The notes under the pieces are model-generated. The model ran no database searches. It was not told the origin of the DNA and worked only from the letters and a program-made list of their open reading frames with translations. Below, piece by piece: positions 10,774-23,060 of a DNA stretch of 64,000 nt. The DNA is from Diplonema japonicum (Eukaryota; Protista; Euglenozoa: Diplonemea), in NCBI GenBank assembly GCA_964019335.1, contig OZ025684.1, positions 124,001 to 188,000 of the forward strand, given 5' to 3'. The position numbers and the translations under genes are program-made. Every line of letters begins with the position of its first letter. The first letter of the stretch is position 1.

Positions 10774-12462
10774 TCAATGGCCACCCGCAGCTTTCAGCAT
10801 CTCCGTGCTGGTGACGCGTGCGTTTGTCATAGCGTAAAAAAGGGGTGTGTACCCTGCCCTGTTCTTCAGGTTAGGGTTCACCTTGTACTTGAACAACAGG
10901 AGTTCGACTGTTGAATCCCTTCCGTAGCCTGCAGCAGAGTGGAGCGGGGTGGACCCGGACACTGTTCGGTCTGTCGGGTTCATCCCGAGTTCCTCTATGA
11001 GGTACTGCATCACCGAATTGCTACCGGCCTTTGCGGCGGTGTGGAGAAGTGTGTACCCACCTTTATTTTTTTTTTTTTTTTAAATCTTTGGTTCCATTCC
11101 CCACACACACACACCTGCTATTTTGACAGTGTAGTCCGCCCTGTATTTGTGAATAAGAAACCTCAGCATATCTACGTTGTCGGCGGTGGCTGCGGTGTGC
11201 ACGGCAGCAAAACCATTAGCTGCCGTTTCGTTCAAACACATCTCATACTTCTCCACAAGCATAGTAACCGCGCGATATTTGCCTGAGAATACTGCAGAGT
11301 GCAGAGGGGTCTCACCACAGCTGTTACGACACGATTCCGGTTTGACCTTATACATCTCTATGAGCATTTGCATTGTCTCTGTAGCACCGGCATGTGCAGA
11401 GTAGTGTAACGGTGTGAATCCCTTCACATCCCTGTCGGCAGGGTCCGCGTGCATACAATCTATGAGGATCTTCAATGCAACTGAATCGTTCATCTCTGCG
11501 GCAATGTGAACCGCACGTGTGCCTCTTTGACTACTTGGCTCCGGGAGCCCACGGCTTCTCAGAATATCAAACTGCGACATGTTCTTGCTGACAGCTTTTC
11601 TACACAAATCGATGGCATCGTGAACTACGCGGGAGTGGTCATTGCATTTCTCTTCCAAAATTGCTATTCTTTCCTGCAGCCTCTCGACCTCTTCCGAACT
11701 ACCACGGTTCTCGAGACGCGGGTTTTCCAATGTGTGCTCGCAGAGTTGCGCCGAGGTCATCCTGTTGCCCGGGTCCAGCTGCAGCATTTGCTGCAACAGT
11801 TCCCCCGTGGAGCCGTGTTTTTCCCGGAGCATCGAATGGAAGCCCATTACACATTCTTCGTTTGCTAGTAGCCCGCTGTCGATCTTCTCGTGAAGAATTC
11901 TGACGTCTCGTTCTTGAGAAGCTGCAATGCAAGCTGTCATGCCTAACGACCAAATATCCGACTGTGGTGTGATAGGTTCATAAGGGGGGGCGCAGTAGTC
12001 TGTTCCCCTTGGGGGTAACATTGCAGACCCGAGGATAAAGGCGCATTCGAGAGAATCGCTTCTTTTTTGTATGATGTTCGTTGCTCTGACGTCTCCATGG
12101 GCTGTTCCAGATTCCTCGTGGAAGTATCGTAGAGCCTGGCCTATGTCGCATAACATTTTGTTGATTAGCTTGTTGTGTAAACCGTGGGCTAAGGAAGCTA
12201 GGTTTTCTTGATGTACTGATGACAGTTGACACATGTAACGCTGGCCCAGTTGGTCAGTGTGCCAGAACCATTCGAGGCAAGGTGATATGTGGCTGTGTTT
12301 TATCTGAACCCGTACCTCGGCCATTTTGACCATGTCTCGTTGTTCGCCCTCGTCGCATTCTTGCATTCGTAACGTGAAGGATCGGCCGGATTTTGTTACC
12401 AGCGATACCTTCCCCGCGTTGCCCTTCGCGATGATCTTTTGAAATGTGTATCCGTTCAGCAT
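10774..12462 (-). CDS. Pseudokinase plus coiled coil plus ankyrin repeats; 2 exons (intron 11061-11114)
   Basis: HGDVRATNI and SDIWSLG kinase motifs; splicing GT..AG joins KIAG|GYTLLHTAAKAG in frame to ORF 10774-11013. Confidence 0.85.
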
Positions 12463-12980
12463 TCTTCTTGTTTTTTTTTTTAATTTACTTTTTTCCTTTT
12501 GGGTTAGTTTATATTCTCTCCGGGGAAAAAGAAAGGAAAAAAAAATGGGAGGGGAAAAGAAAAATATGAGAACCACGGATTACTTATCACATATTTCTCA
12601 AAGAAAATGGCCCCCCCTGGAAAGGAGTGGCATCAGCAAGCTAGAATAAACAAGATCACAACACAAAGATTGATCTGTGAAAGTGAAGAGGAAAAAAAAT
12701 CACTAAGATGAGAAACGAAATGGTTTAGCAACACCCGAAGATGTCTGCTCATTCAGGGGAGACGAGGGAGAGGAGGAAGGTAAAATATGAATAGAAGAAA
12801 CTGTAAAATTCCACAAGCCGGACATTTGTCAGTCCAGCACTTTATCGTCCGCAGAAACTTCTATTCTTTTCTTTATCCTCATGAGAAAAACGAGAAGAGA
12901 AACAACACGCTAAATTCTTTTCCCTTCCTTTGAATTATAAAAGAAAGGAAAAATCTTTTTTTTCTTCTTCTCTTCGCTGC

Positions 12981-13200
12981 GATTCTGCGCTCGTGCAGTT
13001 TGCTGCCTGTTCGTCACCCTACAGGTACCAACTGCTGTGGTCAAACCTGCCACTCCCCCCCCCCCCCCCCCCCTTTGTCGCGATGAGATGGACGGCATCT
13101 GGGCGAGAGACATAGCTTAGGGTCGTGCCACCTTGGTGATCTTGTCGTAGCGCCGTGCAGTCGAGACCAAGAGGTCGTTGGGTGTGTACTCGTCTTGGCG
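12981..13200 (-). mobile_element. Decayed fragment linking family R to LINE-like coding sequence
   Basis: 12981-13020 matches the interior of family R; 13181-13200 encodes QDEYT as in the LINE zinc knuckle at ~3440. Confidence 0.5.
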
Positions 13201-13210
13201 TTGGGAAAAA

Positions 13211-13256
13211 GAAAAATTCACTATGATGGGAACGAAGTGGTTAGCAACGGCCCACC
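13211..13256. repeat. Short repeat family E
   Basis: AAATTCACTATGATxGGAACGAAGTGGTTAGCAACGGCCC also at ~40563-40606 and ~44771-44814. Confidence 0.75.
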
Positions 13257-13275
13257 AAAAAAAAAAAAAAAAGAA

Positions 13276-13467
13276 ATGGGGCTTTGATTGCAACACTAGG
13301 TGGCGTTAAGCGTGCAACGGAGCACGAAATACCTACTTGATTACAGGGGGCGCTCCACGGCCGAGCAACAGCTTCTTCTGCGTTCCGCGTCGTGTCCTTA
13401 ATGCGTGCGGTGTGCTCAACCCTAGCCGGGGCGTCCCTGGTAACCAAGATTCTGCGCTCGTGCAGTT
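13276..13467 (-). mobile_element. Family R non-autonomous retroelement, 5'-truncated copy
   Basis: Highly similar to the 3' part of 31762-32089 and 51851-52164. Confidence 0.85.
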
Positions 13468-13583
13468 AAGAAATGCTGAGGGCTTGCTTGATTTTAGTGG
13501 GGCCATGCAGCATGTGACACAGCGCAACTGGAGAGGAAGAAGGAAAAAAAAAGATTGAAAACGGAGAACCGCTGACCTTCGTA

Positions 13584-16236
13584 TCAGTTCAAAAGAATCT
13601 CAGTTTTACCCCAGGGGTCGGTGGCACTAGCCGAAACATTGCAAGCTGCGAGTCTTTCTTTGTACGCGGCTGTCACATGATCGTTGACTTGGCTTAACTC
13701 CATCTCCTTAACCGCAGCAGCAACGTCCCCTTTCATGAAGTGCTTGTAGCTGGCGTTGTAGTACCGGTTGGGGCAGTTGTTCTGGCCTTCCTCGAGCTGA
13801 TACATCCATTCTTCGTTGTCTACTTGTTTTAAGGCCATTGCCTCGTGCACGATTAGTATCTTGGAAGAATGCTTCGGGAATGAGCAGTGCTGTAGAATCC
13901 TCGTGTACGCCATGTTGTCGACTTCTTCATACACCACATTGTCTATCGCTACAGGAACCTGCATCTTCCGTGCAACCTTTTCAACAATGTAGGTGTACGA
14001 TGGTAAGGTCCCGAGAAAGGAGTACTTCTTCATACCATCGCATCCCATATTCCCGCATTTTGCTTCACCGGAAGCAAGGCCCATTGATAGGCTTTGGAAT
14101 CCGGCTTCTTTGGCGCGAGCTTGCATTCTTACAGCGTATTGGTATGCTGATGTGCGGTGAGAAGCACATTGTTTCACAGCGTTCCATGAAATGCTGACTC
14201 TATCGCCCGAGAAGCCATCTGGGATGCCCTTTGTTTCCTTGGCTGCGGCGATCGACAGTAACAGGTACGTGCCGAGCTTCTTTGGAAGTGTCATGATGTC
14301 ATCTACCTTAAGGAACTTAACGATGTTTGACACTAGAAGTGTGACCCTCTTTGATCTTACATCCCCTGCAGTCAACGCCTGTTGCTTGGCTGCCACCATG
14401 CGTGTTGATCTCGACATCCCAGACGCCATTGAACGGTTGTCCTGCATCCTCGACCCCAGAGATTTGGAGTTTTTGCTGCTGGCCTGAGTGCTCCCATCTG
14501 TCCCTTCATCGTCGTCGTCGTCGTCTTGCAGCACAGATGCTGGCATGTAGTTACGATACTCAACCAGATTCTTTATCATTTGCAAGAAGCTGACTTGCAT
14601 TAAACTCACCTCTGTCAGGATCGATAGAGGTCGTTCAGCATCGACTTCTTCAAGTTTCATGACCGCCACAGACGCCATTTCCATCTCCAAAACGAGAAGC
14701 GGTTCAATGATCTTTAGCACGAACACGACAGACAGCACCAGCAGCACCACGCTGACGGCGACGATGGAGATGTAAAGAATCGTCTGCGAGGCTTTCAAAT
14801 CGTCGTCCACCTTCTTCTCAGCGTCCTTTATTGACTGTCGTGTCTCCCGGAGCCTGTCATCGACCTTCCCCAAGATGTACTCCCTGTCGATTATTATGTG
14901 CACGTACCATTCCATCATGTGCCCGTCGTCCACTGTGCCCACTCTGATGTGGTGAGTAATGATGTGGGGGTTCTACTTCTTATTCTTCCATACCTGTAGT
15001 AGAATTCCTCGCCGTCTGGCTTGAAGTCTGTGCTGACGTTCGCGATCATGACCTTTCCTGCGGCGTATATGTCCTCTGTGGTGTTCCCCGCATCAGCAAA
15101 GTACTCCGAGAGGCCGCTTATGATTAAGTCACTCGATTCCACCGGCCAGATGGGCCGTCGTGTCCCGTCATCCTCGTCAATGAAAACGCTGTGCGGTGTG
15201 CAGTGTGGGGTGTGCGGTGTGGGGTGTGGGGTAATTAGGGGTTTTTTTTGTTATTATTTTCATACTTCCCGTGGGAGCTTCCTGTGAGCACCCCTACCCC
15301 CTTGGGGTCTAGCCAGTTGAGCTTTACAGTAGTGAACAGCCTGCCTCGTGAAGGATACCCTGCCACAGGTCCGCCGATGGGGATCGTTTGGAAAAACTTG
15401 GAAACATGCCGCAGTTCCGCACCTGAAAAGACCATCCCAGTCATGACCCCGTTGTGGTAAACACTGGTGAGGGTGGTGATGACAACGAAAGGGTGGATGA
15501 CAAGCGGCGGTGTCCACCACACCTTGCCACGGGGGACGGCTTGAGCGAGGGTGTAGAAAATGAAATTCCTGGGGTCATACATGCCGAAGCTGCATCCCAA
15601 AGTGGGGTCCGAGCCGTTTGTGGCAACGGAGTTGAATTCACACGGTTTTGAGAAATTCGAAGGCATGCCGCCCGAGATTCTTCCAGAAGACTGGTTCAAA
15701 GTACCACCATAAGTCAAGCCAAACCCTCCTTTAGGGTCGCCAAGCCCACGGTTGATAATTGTTTTGATCTCGTGGTACTCATCGGGCCCACGTTCCACAG
15801 TACTGGTGTCTTCATAAACCATGATGGTGAGCAGGTTGCTAAGAAGAAGGCCGACGCCGGTGTTCCCCCCGAATCGTAGAAGGTTAAACCATGAAAACAG
15901 GTTTAGAGGGGAGATTGTTTCCCACTTCGTCACAGCCTCGTATGGGAGAAGCTCCATTTCTTTCTGGAGCGCCTCGGCCGCCAGCCGCTGAGGCTTGAAG
16001 AACTCTATCAAAAAGCTCCCCGTGCTGGAGAGCATTTGGTTCATGTACTCCTCGGTCCTGTTCTCAACCGCCTCTGCACCTACATCGAAGGCTGCTTGCA
16101 CAGAGGCGTCTCTTGATTTCTTTGTATCGTCAAGCGCTGCGTTTCCACTCGTTACCGCCAGGTACGTGCACACAAATGCGGTCACTACAATGCACAACAG
16201 CACGATAAGGATGTTTAGTACTTTGATGCTCACCAT
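13584..16236 (-). CDS. Receptor-type degenerate class III cyclase (TM, extracellular Cache-like region, TM, HAMP-like linker, pseudo-cyclase); 3 exons (introns 15189-15265, 14944-14993)
   Basis: GTATG..CAG introns join SHGN|VFIDEDD and YYR|VGTVDDG in frame; cyclase-fold motifs VSNIVKF, FSGDRV, GLASGEAKCGNMG. Confidence 0.85.
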
Positions 16237-16885
16237 TTTTTTTTTTTTTTTTTTCCCTTTTTCTTTTTTTTTTATACAAAGATTTGTAGAAGGGGGAAAA
16301 GAGAGAAAAAAAGAATGTGAGTGTTTAACTCCATTTTTTTTTCCTGGGTGCCCTATTCACAAGGGACGCCCATGTACAAAAAAAAGGGGGGGGGGAGGAG
16401 GTTTCTTTTCTTCGTTTCTTTTCTTTTTTCTTTTTAAATATTTTTTCCCTCTCCTCATCATTGGATCTCTTAGCAAAATCGGAGGAGCATAGAAAAGTAT
16501 AAAAGAAAATATATATAAAGAGAGGAGAAGAAAAAATGCGAGTTTAAAGGATGTCTTTGTGAGACGGCCGTGTTCTCAAAGTTCAGGTGGTTCCGCTCCC
16601 TCCATACCAGCGGGAAAAAAAAAAGAGATGCGGATCAGCATTGAAGAACCAGCACAAGAAGAAAGGGGCCTCTCGGAAAGCAGTGCCAACAGTCTCACTT
16701 TCGATGTTAACGTGTATTAAAGAAAAAGGCAAAAAGAAAAACTGTTTTTTTTTTTTTTCTTTTTTTTTTTTTTCCCCCCACAGTTCTGTCACAACTCTTT
16801 TTTTCCCCTTTCCTGCCCCAGCGTGTCCCCCAGGCTTTGGAGAGTAACATATCCATGTTTGTCCCGACAAAAGAAGAAAAGAAAA

Positions 16886-18394
16886 TCACCAAAACCCACC
16901 GGAAGCGCCTTCATCGCGTACTTTAACGTGCAGCCATTGCGGTGCGCCCCATTTCTCCCCTTTAATAACAGGGCACCCCCCGTGCAAGGAGTACTCGTCT
17001 TGCGTCTTGTCCGGCTTCATGTCGTAAAAAAGCACAGCAGAACCCTTAATAGGACGCACACGAAGACCCTTTGTGCAGTCTGTCATTGATGATGGCTGTG
17101 GCCCGCTATTCGACCTCGGAAGGGTAGTTTCACCACCTTCTTCAGTCGTGTGTAGGTACAAGAAGAAAGTAGCGGCTCGGTTCCAGTTGTTGTTCCACTT
17201 GAGACGCCACATTTCACGTTTTTCCTCGTCGTCCTTCGCGCCGTGGGGGTCGAAGTAATCAAGGTGGGAATTGTACTTCTGGCCTAGCTGGTAGCGAAGG
17301 ACCTGAAGCTTTTCTGTTTGGTCGGTATCGAAGCCCGTCATGGCGAGGATCCTCCTGCGGACGTCTTCAACACTTTTATGTGAATTGTCCAGCCAGCACC
17401 CGCTGCTCGTTCGGACATCGTCCAGCCCCGATGAGTTCTTCCCTTTAATGGGAACTACGTGCGACCGTTCCAAACGCTTCTTCGCCTCGTCCATGATGTT
17501 GTCCGCCTCCTCATCCGTTAGAAACCGTGGGAAATAATACGCTTTCGGCTGATGCGACACAATGTAATACTGGATCTTCGGTGCTGTCTTGATGTCCTCC
17601 GGATAATAAAACGCCGGGTTATCCGGGTACTTGTACGATTCAGGGACTGGCTTTAAAGTCGACAAATTATAATCCGCGTAAAAATGAACCCCAGGGACAG
17701 GAACGACGTTTGATGAAAGAACTTCCTCTGGGATTTCTAAAGGGGCAGTCCGGTCTGCACAAGAGGCTTCGGTGACTGTTATGAACCGGGATCTTTTAAA
17801 TTCAATATCTTTGTACTCCCATTGTCCGTTCAAAGAAGAATCGCATGGGGATCTTGCGGGAATTGTAGTTCTGAGCAGCGGGGTGTTCAGGTCGGACCGA
17901 TGCGACAAAACCCAAATCGATTCTTTCGTTGAAGATAAGAGGTAATTTGTGTTTGAGTATGACAGCCTGCTGTTTATTGTGTCATCTGAAATGTGTAGGG
18001 CCGTTTTGATGTTAGGGGAGTGTATAGCGATGCACGATACGCAGGTCCCGCAGGAGCGCTGGCAATTTTTTACCATGAAGCTCGGGTTGGCCTCGCACTC
18101 CCCTGATTCCGCCCACTGTTTGCAGCTGCCGTGGGCATCGATGCAGTTGGAGTGAAAGTGGTCGCAGAATCCGCAGCTTTCTCTGCATTCCTTGTTCATC
18201 ACTTCTCGGTTGTTTTTGCATTCCCCTTTCACCACTCGAGATTTGCATCCGTCAGCTTCATCCACACACCCGTGCCAGTTTTTTTCAAGAGGAGAGCTTG
18301 TCATCAACCACCACCATAGCACCACCATTGATGCTGAGCTTGCTATGACTATCTTCAAGACCCCTGGTGATATTTGCACGTTTTTCGTTTCCAT
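16886..18394 (-). CDS. Membrane-anchored prolyl 4-hydroxylase with two ShKT domains
   Basis: TM anchor; ShKT C..W...GEC..NPSFM...C..SCG.C; VRTSSG, QVLRYQLGQKYNSHLDYF, GGETT, LHGGCPV...KW. Confidence 0.92.
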   Translation of the reverse strand: METKNVQISPGVLKIVIASSASMVVLWWWLMTSSPLEKNWHGCVDEADGCKSRVVKGECKNNREVMNKECRESCGFCDHFHSNCIDAHGSCKQWAESGECEANPSFMVKNCQRSCGTCVSCIAIHSPNIKTALHISDDTINSRLSYSNTNYLLSSTKESIWVLSHRSDLNTPLLRTTIPARSPCDSSLNGQWEYKDIEFKRSRFITVTEASCADRTAPLEIPEEVLSSNVVPVPGVHFYADYNLSTLKPVPESYKYPDNPAFYYPEDIKTAPKIQYYIVSHQPKAYYFPRFLTDEEADNIMDEAKKRLERSHVVPIKGKNSSGLDDVRTSSGCWLDNSHKSVEDVRRRILAMTGFDTDQTEKLQVLRYQLGQKYNSHLDYFDPHGAKDDEEKREMWRLKWNNNWNRAATFFLYLHTTEEGGETTLPRSNSGPQPSSMTDCTKGLRVRPIKGSAVLFYDMKPDKTQDEYSLHGGCPVIKGEKWGAPQWLHVKVRDEGASGGFW

Positions 18395-18773
18395 TTTTTT
18401 TTTTTTTCTTCCCGTGTGGGAGAATGAGAGAGAAAAAAATCCCTTTTTTTTTTTTTTTGGAAAAGATTTTTTTTTTTCAAAAATAAGGGGGGGAAAGGGG
18501 GGTTCTTTTGATGAGGAAGGTGGGGGTGGGGAGTCTATCTAAAATAAAATGATACTTCCGCCTTGCCATCCTATGTGAAACATAGATGGGTACCCCCCAA
18601 AAAGAAAAAGAATTAAAAAAAAAGAAATAGGGCGATGTGTTCTTTGCTTTATGCCGCAACGGGGGGGGGGGGGGAAAGGGGGGGGACAGAAATCATTTCT
18701 ACTCTAAATAAAACACAAAGAAGAAAAGAAAAGAGGGAAAATGGGCTAAAAAAAAAAAAAAGAACACTTAATC

Positions 18774-19385
18774 TTAAAACGCTTCATCTTCAGAGTTATC
18801 ACTGTCAGCAACAACGTCAGCGGTTTCCTGTATTTTTTTTTTTTTTTTTTCTTCCTCCCTGTTACAAACATTTTCGACTTGCTTGTTCCCTGTCACCTTC
18901 GCAATGTAAGCCTCTGCATTGAGCCGGCCTCTTCTGGGAGGAAGTTTGTCCAGAGGGGTAATGCCTTCGCGCTGAAGCATTTTTAACGTGTCTTCGACAG
19001 TTTCAGTTTTCTTCTTTTTCTTGGCAGGTTCCGCATCGCCTTCTTCATCTTCGTTATTTTCATCAGAGTCAGAGGAATCTGAGGAGGACTCCTCTGATGG
19101 GGAGTAAACCGCGTCTTCTTCGTCACTCCCGCTGGGTGCCTTGCCGCCACGAGACCCCTCACTGCTACTGCTGCTACTGCTCGTTTCGCTGCTGGACTCC
19201 TCCTCTGCCACCTTCAGCAAAACCTCCTTAATCTTCGCCTTCTCTTTCTCCAGGTCCATACCTGCATACCTATCCATCTTCCTCAATTTCTCCAATGTAC
19301 TTTTCAGGCCCAGCGCTTCACCATCCTTTAACCCCTTCACAATTTTAGTCAAAACCGACTTCAGCACCTTTTCGTCAAGACCCAT
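18774..19385 (-). CDS. Ser/acidic-rich probable chromatin protein with DEK-C-like N-terminus
   Basis: Helical N-terminus ending MDLEKEKAKIKEVL, Ser/Asp/Glu tracts, PAKKKKK NLS-like motif. Confidence 0.6.
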   Translation of the reverse strand: MGLDEKVLKSVLTKIVKGLKDGEALGLKSTLEKLRKMDRYAGMDLEKEKAKIKEVLLKVAEEESSSETSSSSSSSEGSRGGKAPSGSDEEDAVYSPSEESSSDSSDSDENNEDEEGDAEPAKKKKKTETVEDTLKMLQREGITPLDKLPPRRGRLNAEAYIAKVTGNKQVENVCNREEEKKKKKIQETADVVADSDNSEDEAF

Positions 19386-20052
19386 TTTCTTTTTTTTTCT
19401 TTTTCTTTTTCCTTTCTCCTTTTTTTTTCATTTTTTTCTTTCTTCCTCCCCGATATCGTGCGCACAAACATAATGAAGCGCAAAAAATTAGTTTTTCTTT
19501 TTTTTTTTTTCTCGGACTTTTCAAAACGGAAATAAAAAATTAAAAAAAAAGAGAGAGAAATAATAAAAAAAAGGGTGAGGATGAGACAGAAAGGGAGGGA
19601 CGAGCTTGTAAAAATATTTATTTAAAAAAAAAGAAAAAAAAAGAAGAAGAAAAAAAAAAAAAAAAAAGAAGGTGAGTTAATTCTTTGTTCGCGCAATGGG
19701 GTCCCCCTTTTATTTCAGAGTTTAACTGGAACGCATACTAAACAGAGTTTGCGGAAATAAAAAATTCGTTGCAACAGTGTTGCGGAAATAAATCAGACCT
19801 TTTTAAGCCAGGGGTCCCTTCACGGGGATATAAAAGTAGCTCAATAATCTCTAAAAAAAAAGATAAGAACGGTGGGTATTTGGTGTGCATACTCCTCAGG
19901 GTTTCGGTTGCCGCTTGGAGATATAAAGGTGAAGAAAAAGAATAAATAAAGGGGGGGGGAATGAAACAATAACTTAACAAAAAACTTTTTAATGAAAAAA
20001 GCAATATTCTTCTTTTTCGTTTTTTTTTTCTTTTTTTTTTCTTTTTTTTTTT

Positions 20053-20318
20053 TGTTACAAATATTCATCTTTCAAAAAATGATTTTATAACTATATGCAA
20101 CTTCTGCCGAGCAGCGACAACAACAAAGACACAAAGTCATAAAGAATTTTTTTTTTTTAAATTCCAGAAACGGGGACAAAAAAAAATAATTCTTTATGAC
20201 TATATGTCTTATGTTGTTCGCACGAGCAAAAAAGGTTTTTAAAAAAGCTGCGAAAGTTTTTTGCTCGGCAGAAGCTGCATATAGTTATAAAATCATTATT
20301 TGAAAGATAAATATTTGT

Positions 20319-20321
<3 letters not shown>
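20053..20321. repeat. Inverted pair of family C hairpin elements
   Basis: 20053-20147 forward (internally deleted) and 20187-20321 reverse. Confidence 0.85.
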
Positions 20322-20354
<33 letters not shown>

Positions 20355-21104
20355 AAGCGATATTTCTTCTCTCTTTCACCTTGAGTACAAAGGGCCTTCG
20401 TTTACTCTTTCGTTTTAAAAGGTTCCCCTGAAGAACCGTGCATTTGTTTTTCCTGATCTTCCACGCCTGTTCTGAGTATCACTAAAAAAGAAAGAAAGAA
20501 GAAGAAAAAAAAAAGAAATTACAAACGTAAAATAAAAAAAAAAACTATTGGGGAGGGCGGAAACTATCTTGACGAAAAAGTTGTAAAACATGTTTCCCCC
20601 CCCCACCTTTTTTTATACTTCCTCACTGTTTTGTTTGTGCGCAGCCGGGGTTAACCTAAAGGATAAGCCCAACACGCTACAACTAGCAATTCATTATCAA
20701 TATATTGTTTTTTTTTCAAAAAAAAAAAAACTCGCGAACGTTTGTTTGTCCGGTTAAAAAAAACCTTTTTTTCTCTTTTTTTTTTTTTTTTTTCTCTCTC
20801 TTTTTCTTTTTTTTTTACGGGGAGCTTTTTTTTTTTTTCTTTTTTCCTTTCAAGGGGGTGGCTGGCCGCCCTGATGGAAAAAAAGACTTCATTATCACAG
20901 TCACCTTTTTTTTCTCCCTCTTTTCGCCTTTTTCTTTTTTTAAATATTTGAGCTATCTTTTCCCACAAGGAAAGCTAAAGCTGAAAGTTGGCATAAACGG
21001 CCCGTTCGTTGATATTTAGACCACAATTTTGCCCCCACTCCTCTTCTTACCTCACGTTTTCAGATAAAAAAAACTAGTTTGGCGCTCCATTTGTTTGTAC
21101 GCAC

Positions 21105-21896
21105 CATAGTACCCAGAGTTAGTCAAATGAAAGGCGAGCATGCAACCATGCTTAAAACCCTTATATTCGTATCCCGGGCCCCCCAGATACACAAACGACC
21201 CCAGGGAGCATTTCCCGAAAAGCTGTTTTTTCGCTTTTTTTGGCGGGTTTTTAATTAAAAGCGAAAAAACAAAAAAAAATCGAAAATCAAAAGTTAAAAC
21301 AGGAGGAGAGCATGCAACCATGCTTAAAACCCTTCTTTTCGTCCCCCGTGCCCCCCAGATACACAAAGCCGACCCCAGGGAGCATCAAAATGACTTAGAA
21401 AAGGATTATTTTCCCGAAAAGCTGGTGTTTCCCTGTTTCAGGCAGGGTCCTAATTGGGAGCGAAATAAAAAGTCAATAATTAAAACGGGAGGAGAACATG
21501 CAACCATGCATATAATAACCCTTCTATTCGTCCCCCGGGCCCCCCACCCCCCAGATACACAAAGCCGACCCCAGGGAGCATCAAAACGACTTAGAAAAGG
21601 ATTATTTTCCTGAAAAGCTGGGTTTTCCCTTTTTTTGGCGGTTTTTCTTCTTTTTTCTGTTTCAATAGGAGCGAAATCAAAAATCAATAATTAGAACGGG
21701 AGGAGAGCGTGCAACCATACTTATAACCCTTGTATTCGTCTCCCGGACCTCCCAGATACATCAAACCGATCCGAAATTAGAAAAAAACCGATCCGAAATT
21801 ACAAAAAACCCATCATTAACCCGACAGTGATCGAAAATCTAAAATTGCTCGGGTCGGGTTTTAAAACCCGAAGATCGGTTAACCCTGGATACTATG
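21105..21896. mobile_element. TIR element with internal ~180-210 bp tandem repeats
   Basis: CATAGTACCCAGAGTTA / TAACCCTGGATACTATG inverted ends; ~4 units containing GCATGCAACCATG...CCCAGATACACAAA. Confidence 0.7.
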
Positions 21897-22033
21897 GCGC
21901 ACGAGCAGATAAAAAAAAAAACAAGAAAAAAAAACTTTAGAGCTAGCAAAAAAAAAAAAAAAAAAAAATGGAACAAAAGATTTCACACAACCCTTCCCCC
22001 CTTCCTCCTTTTTTTTTTTTTTTTTTAAAATAC

Positions 22034-22939
22034 TCATCGAACCTCGCCCTCCCAGGTCACGTACCAAGCACTGCACACCTCGTGGTGGTGATGCCCCAGT
22101 AGGTCCCTCTGTCTCAAATCAACCCCGCTCCCACCTATATATGTGATGAGGCTTCCGTGGATTCTGGAAGAGATAGGGCTGTGAACCATTGGGCTGTCGA
22201 GAGGGGGGGTACCAACAGGGTCTGAATGTGTTGACATATAAGGAAAGTGCACAGCACCTGTAGTGAGGGAGAAGGTTAAACCATGAAAGGCACGCAGATG
22301 ATGCTCTATTCCCTCAAGAGGGGTGGACTCTATACTAGCATGCAGGGAGGAGTCTGTTAAGTAAGGAACGCCTTCTTGCGACTCCAGAGACATCCGCAGC
22401 TTCGCCAGGTTGATCCCTTCAAGTGTTTCGCTTGAGGTCCACAATGCGACGTTGGCTAATCGCTCCCGAAGGGACTCTATTTCTGGAACGATGACAAATG
22501 TGATTTTTCTGTCCTCTTCGATGCACTCTGCTATGGCTGCCAGCAGCCTCTCAACAATTTTTCTAATCTCCTTCACATACGGAAAATACTTCTCCTTAAG
22601 CTTTCTCGCCGAGCGTATGTAAGAAATCGTATAATCTGAAGGGAGCAACACCACGCCATAGTAATCTGCTTCTTGAAGTACAATTTCAGCTGGGGGGTGT
22701 TTTTCGCTTGGCCATCTTTCATGGCGTAGATAACCCGCAAGACAAGCAAAGGCGTCAGGATCCCTATCTATAAATACAACTCCTTTCGAATCTCGGTCCT
22801 TTGGCAGTTCGCTGTCTATTAGGGTGGCCAGGAATGAGTCCTTCCCGCAGCATCTGATGATGTTTTGTTGTGATAGGGTAAACCGCCTGCCTCCTACGTT
22901 TAAATCCAGTATTCCGGATGCAGAGGGGGCGTCTGACAT
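22034..22939 (-). CDS. KCTD-type BTB/POZ protein (start MSDAPS)
   Basis: LNVGGRRF...DSFLA...FIDRDPDAF...YLR...EADYYG. Confidence 0.9.
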   Translation of the reverse strand: MSDAPSASGILDLNVGGRRFTLSQQNIIRCCGKDSFLATLIDSELPKDRDSKGVVFIDRDPDAFACLAGYLRHERWPSEKHPPAEIVLQEADYYGVVLLPSDYTISYIRSARKLKEKYFPYVKEIRKIVERLLAAIAECIEEDRKITFVIVPEIESLRERLANVALWTSSETLEGINLAKLRMSLESQEGVPYLTDSSLHASIESTPLEGIEHHLRAFHGLTFSLTTGAVHFPYMSTHSDPVGTPPLDSPMVHSPISSRIHGSLITYIGGSGVDLRQRDLLGHHHHEVCSAWYVTWEGEVR

Positions 22940-23060
22940 TTTTTCTTCTTCTTTTTTTTTTCTTTCCTCCCCCTCCCCCTCTCTCTCTCCCCCCTCCCCC
23001 ACTCTTTCGCTCTCCCCTCCCAACTCACCCTCCTTTTCTTTTTTTTTTTCTCTTTCTTTT

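Noticed and set aside
13211-13256. Family E as a C/D snoRNA
   Set aside because: No intact RUGAUGA/CUGA pair at consistent positions across copies
21139-21760. Possible CRISPR-like array
   Set aside because: Whole units are homologous tandem repeats without unique spacers; eukaryotic context and no cas genes
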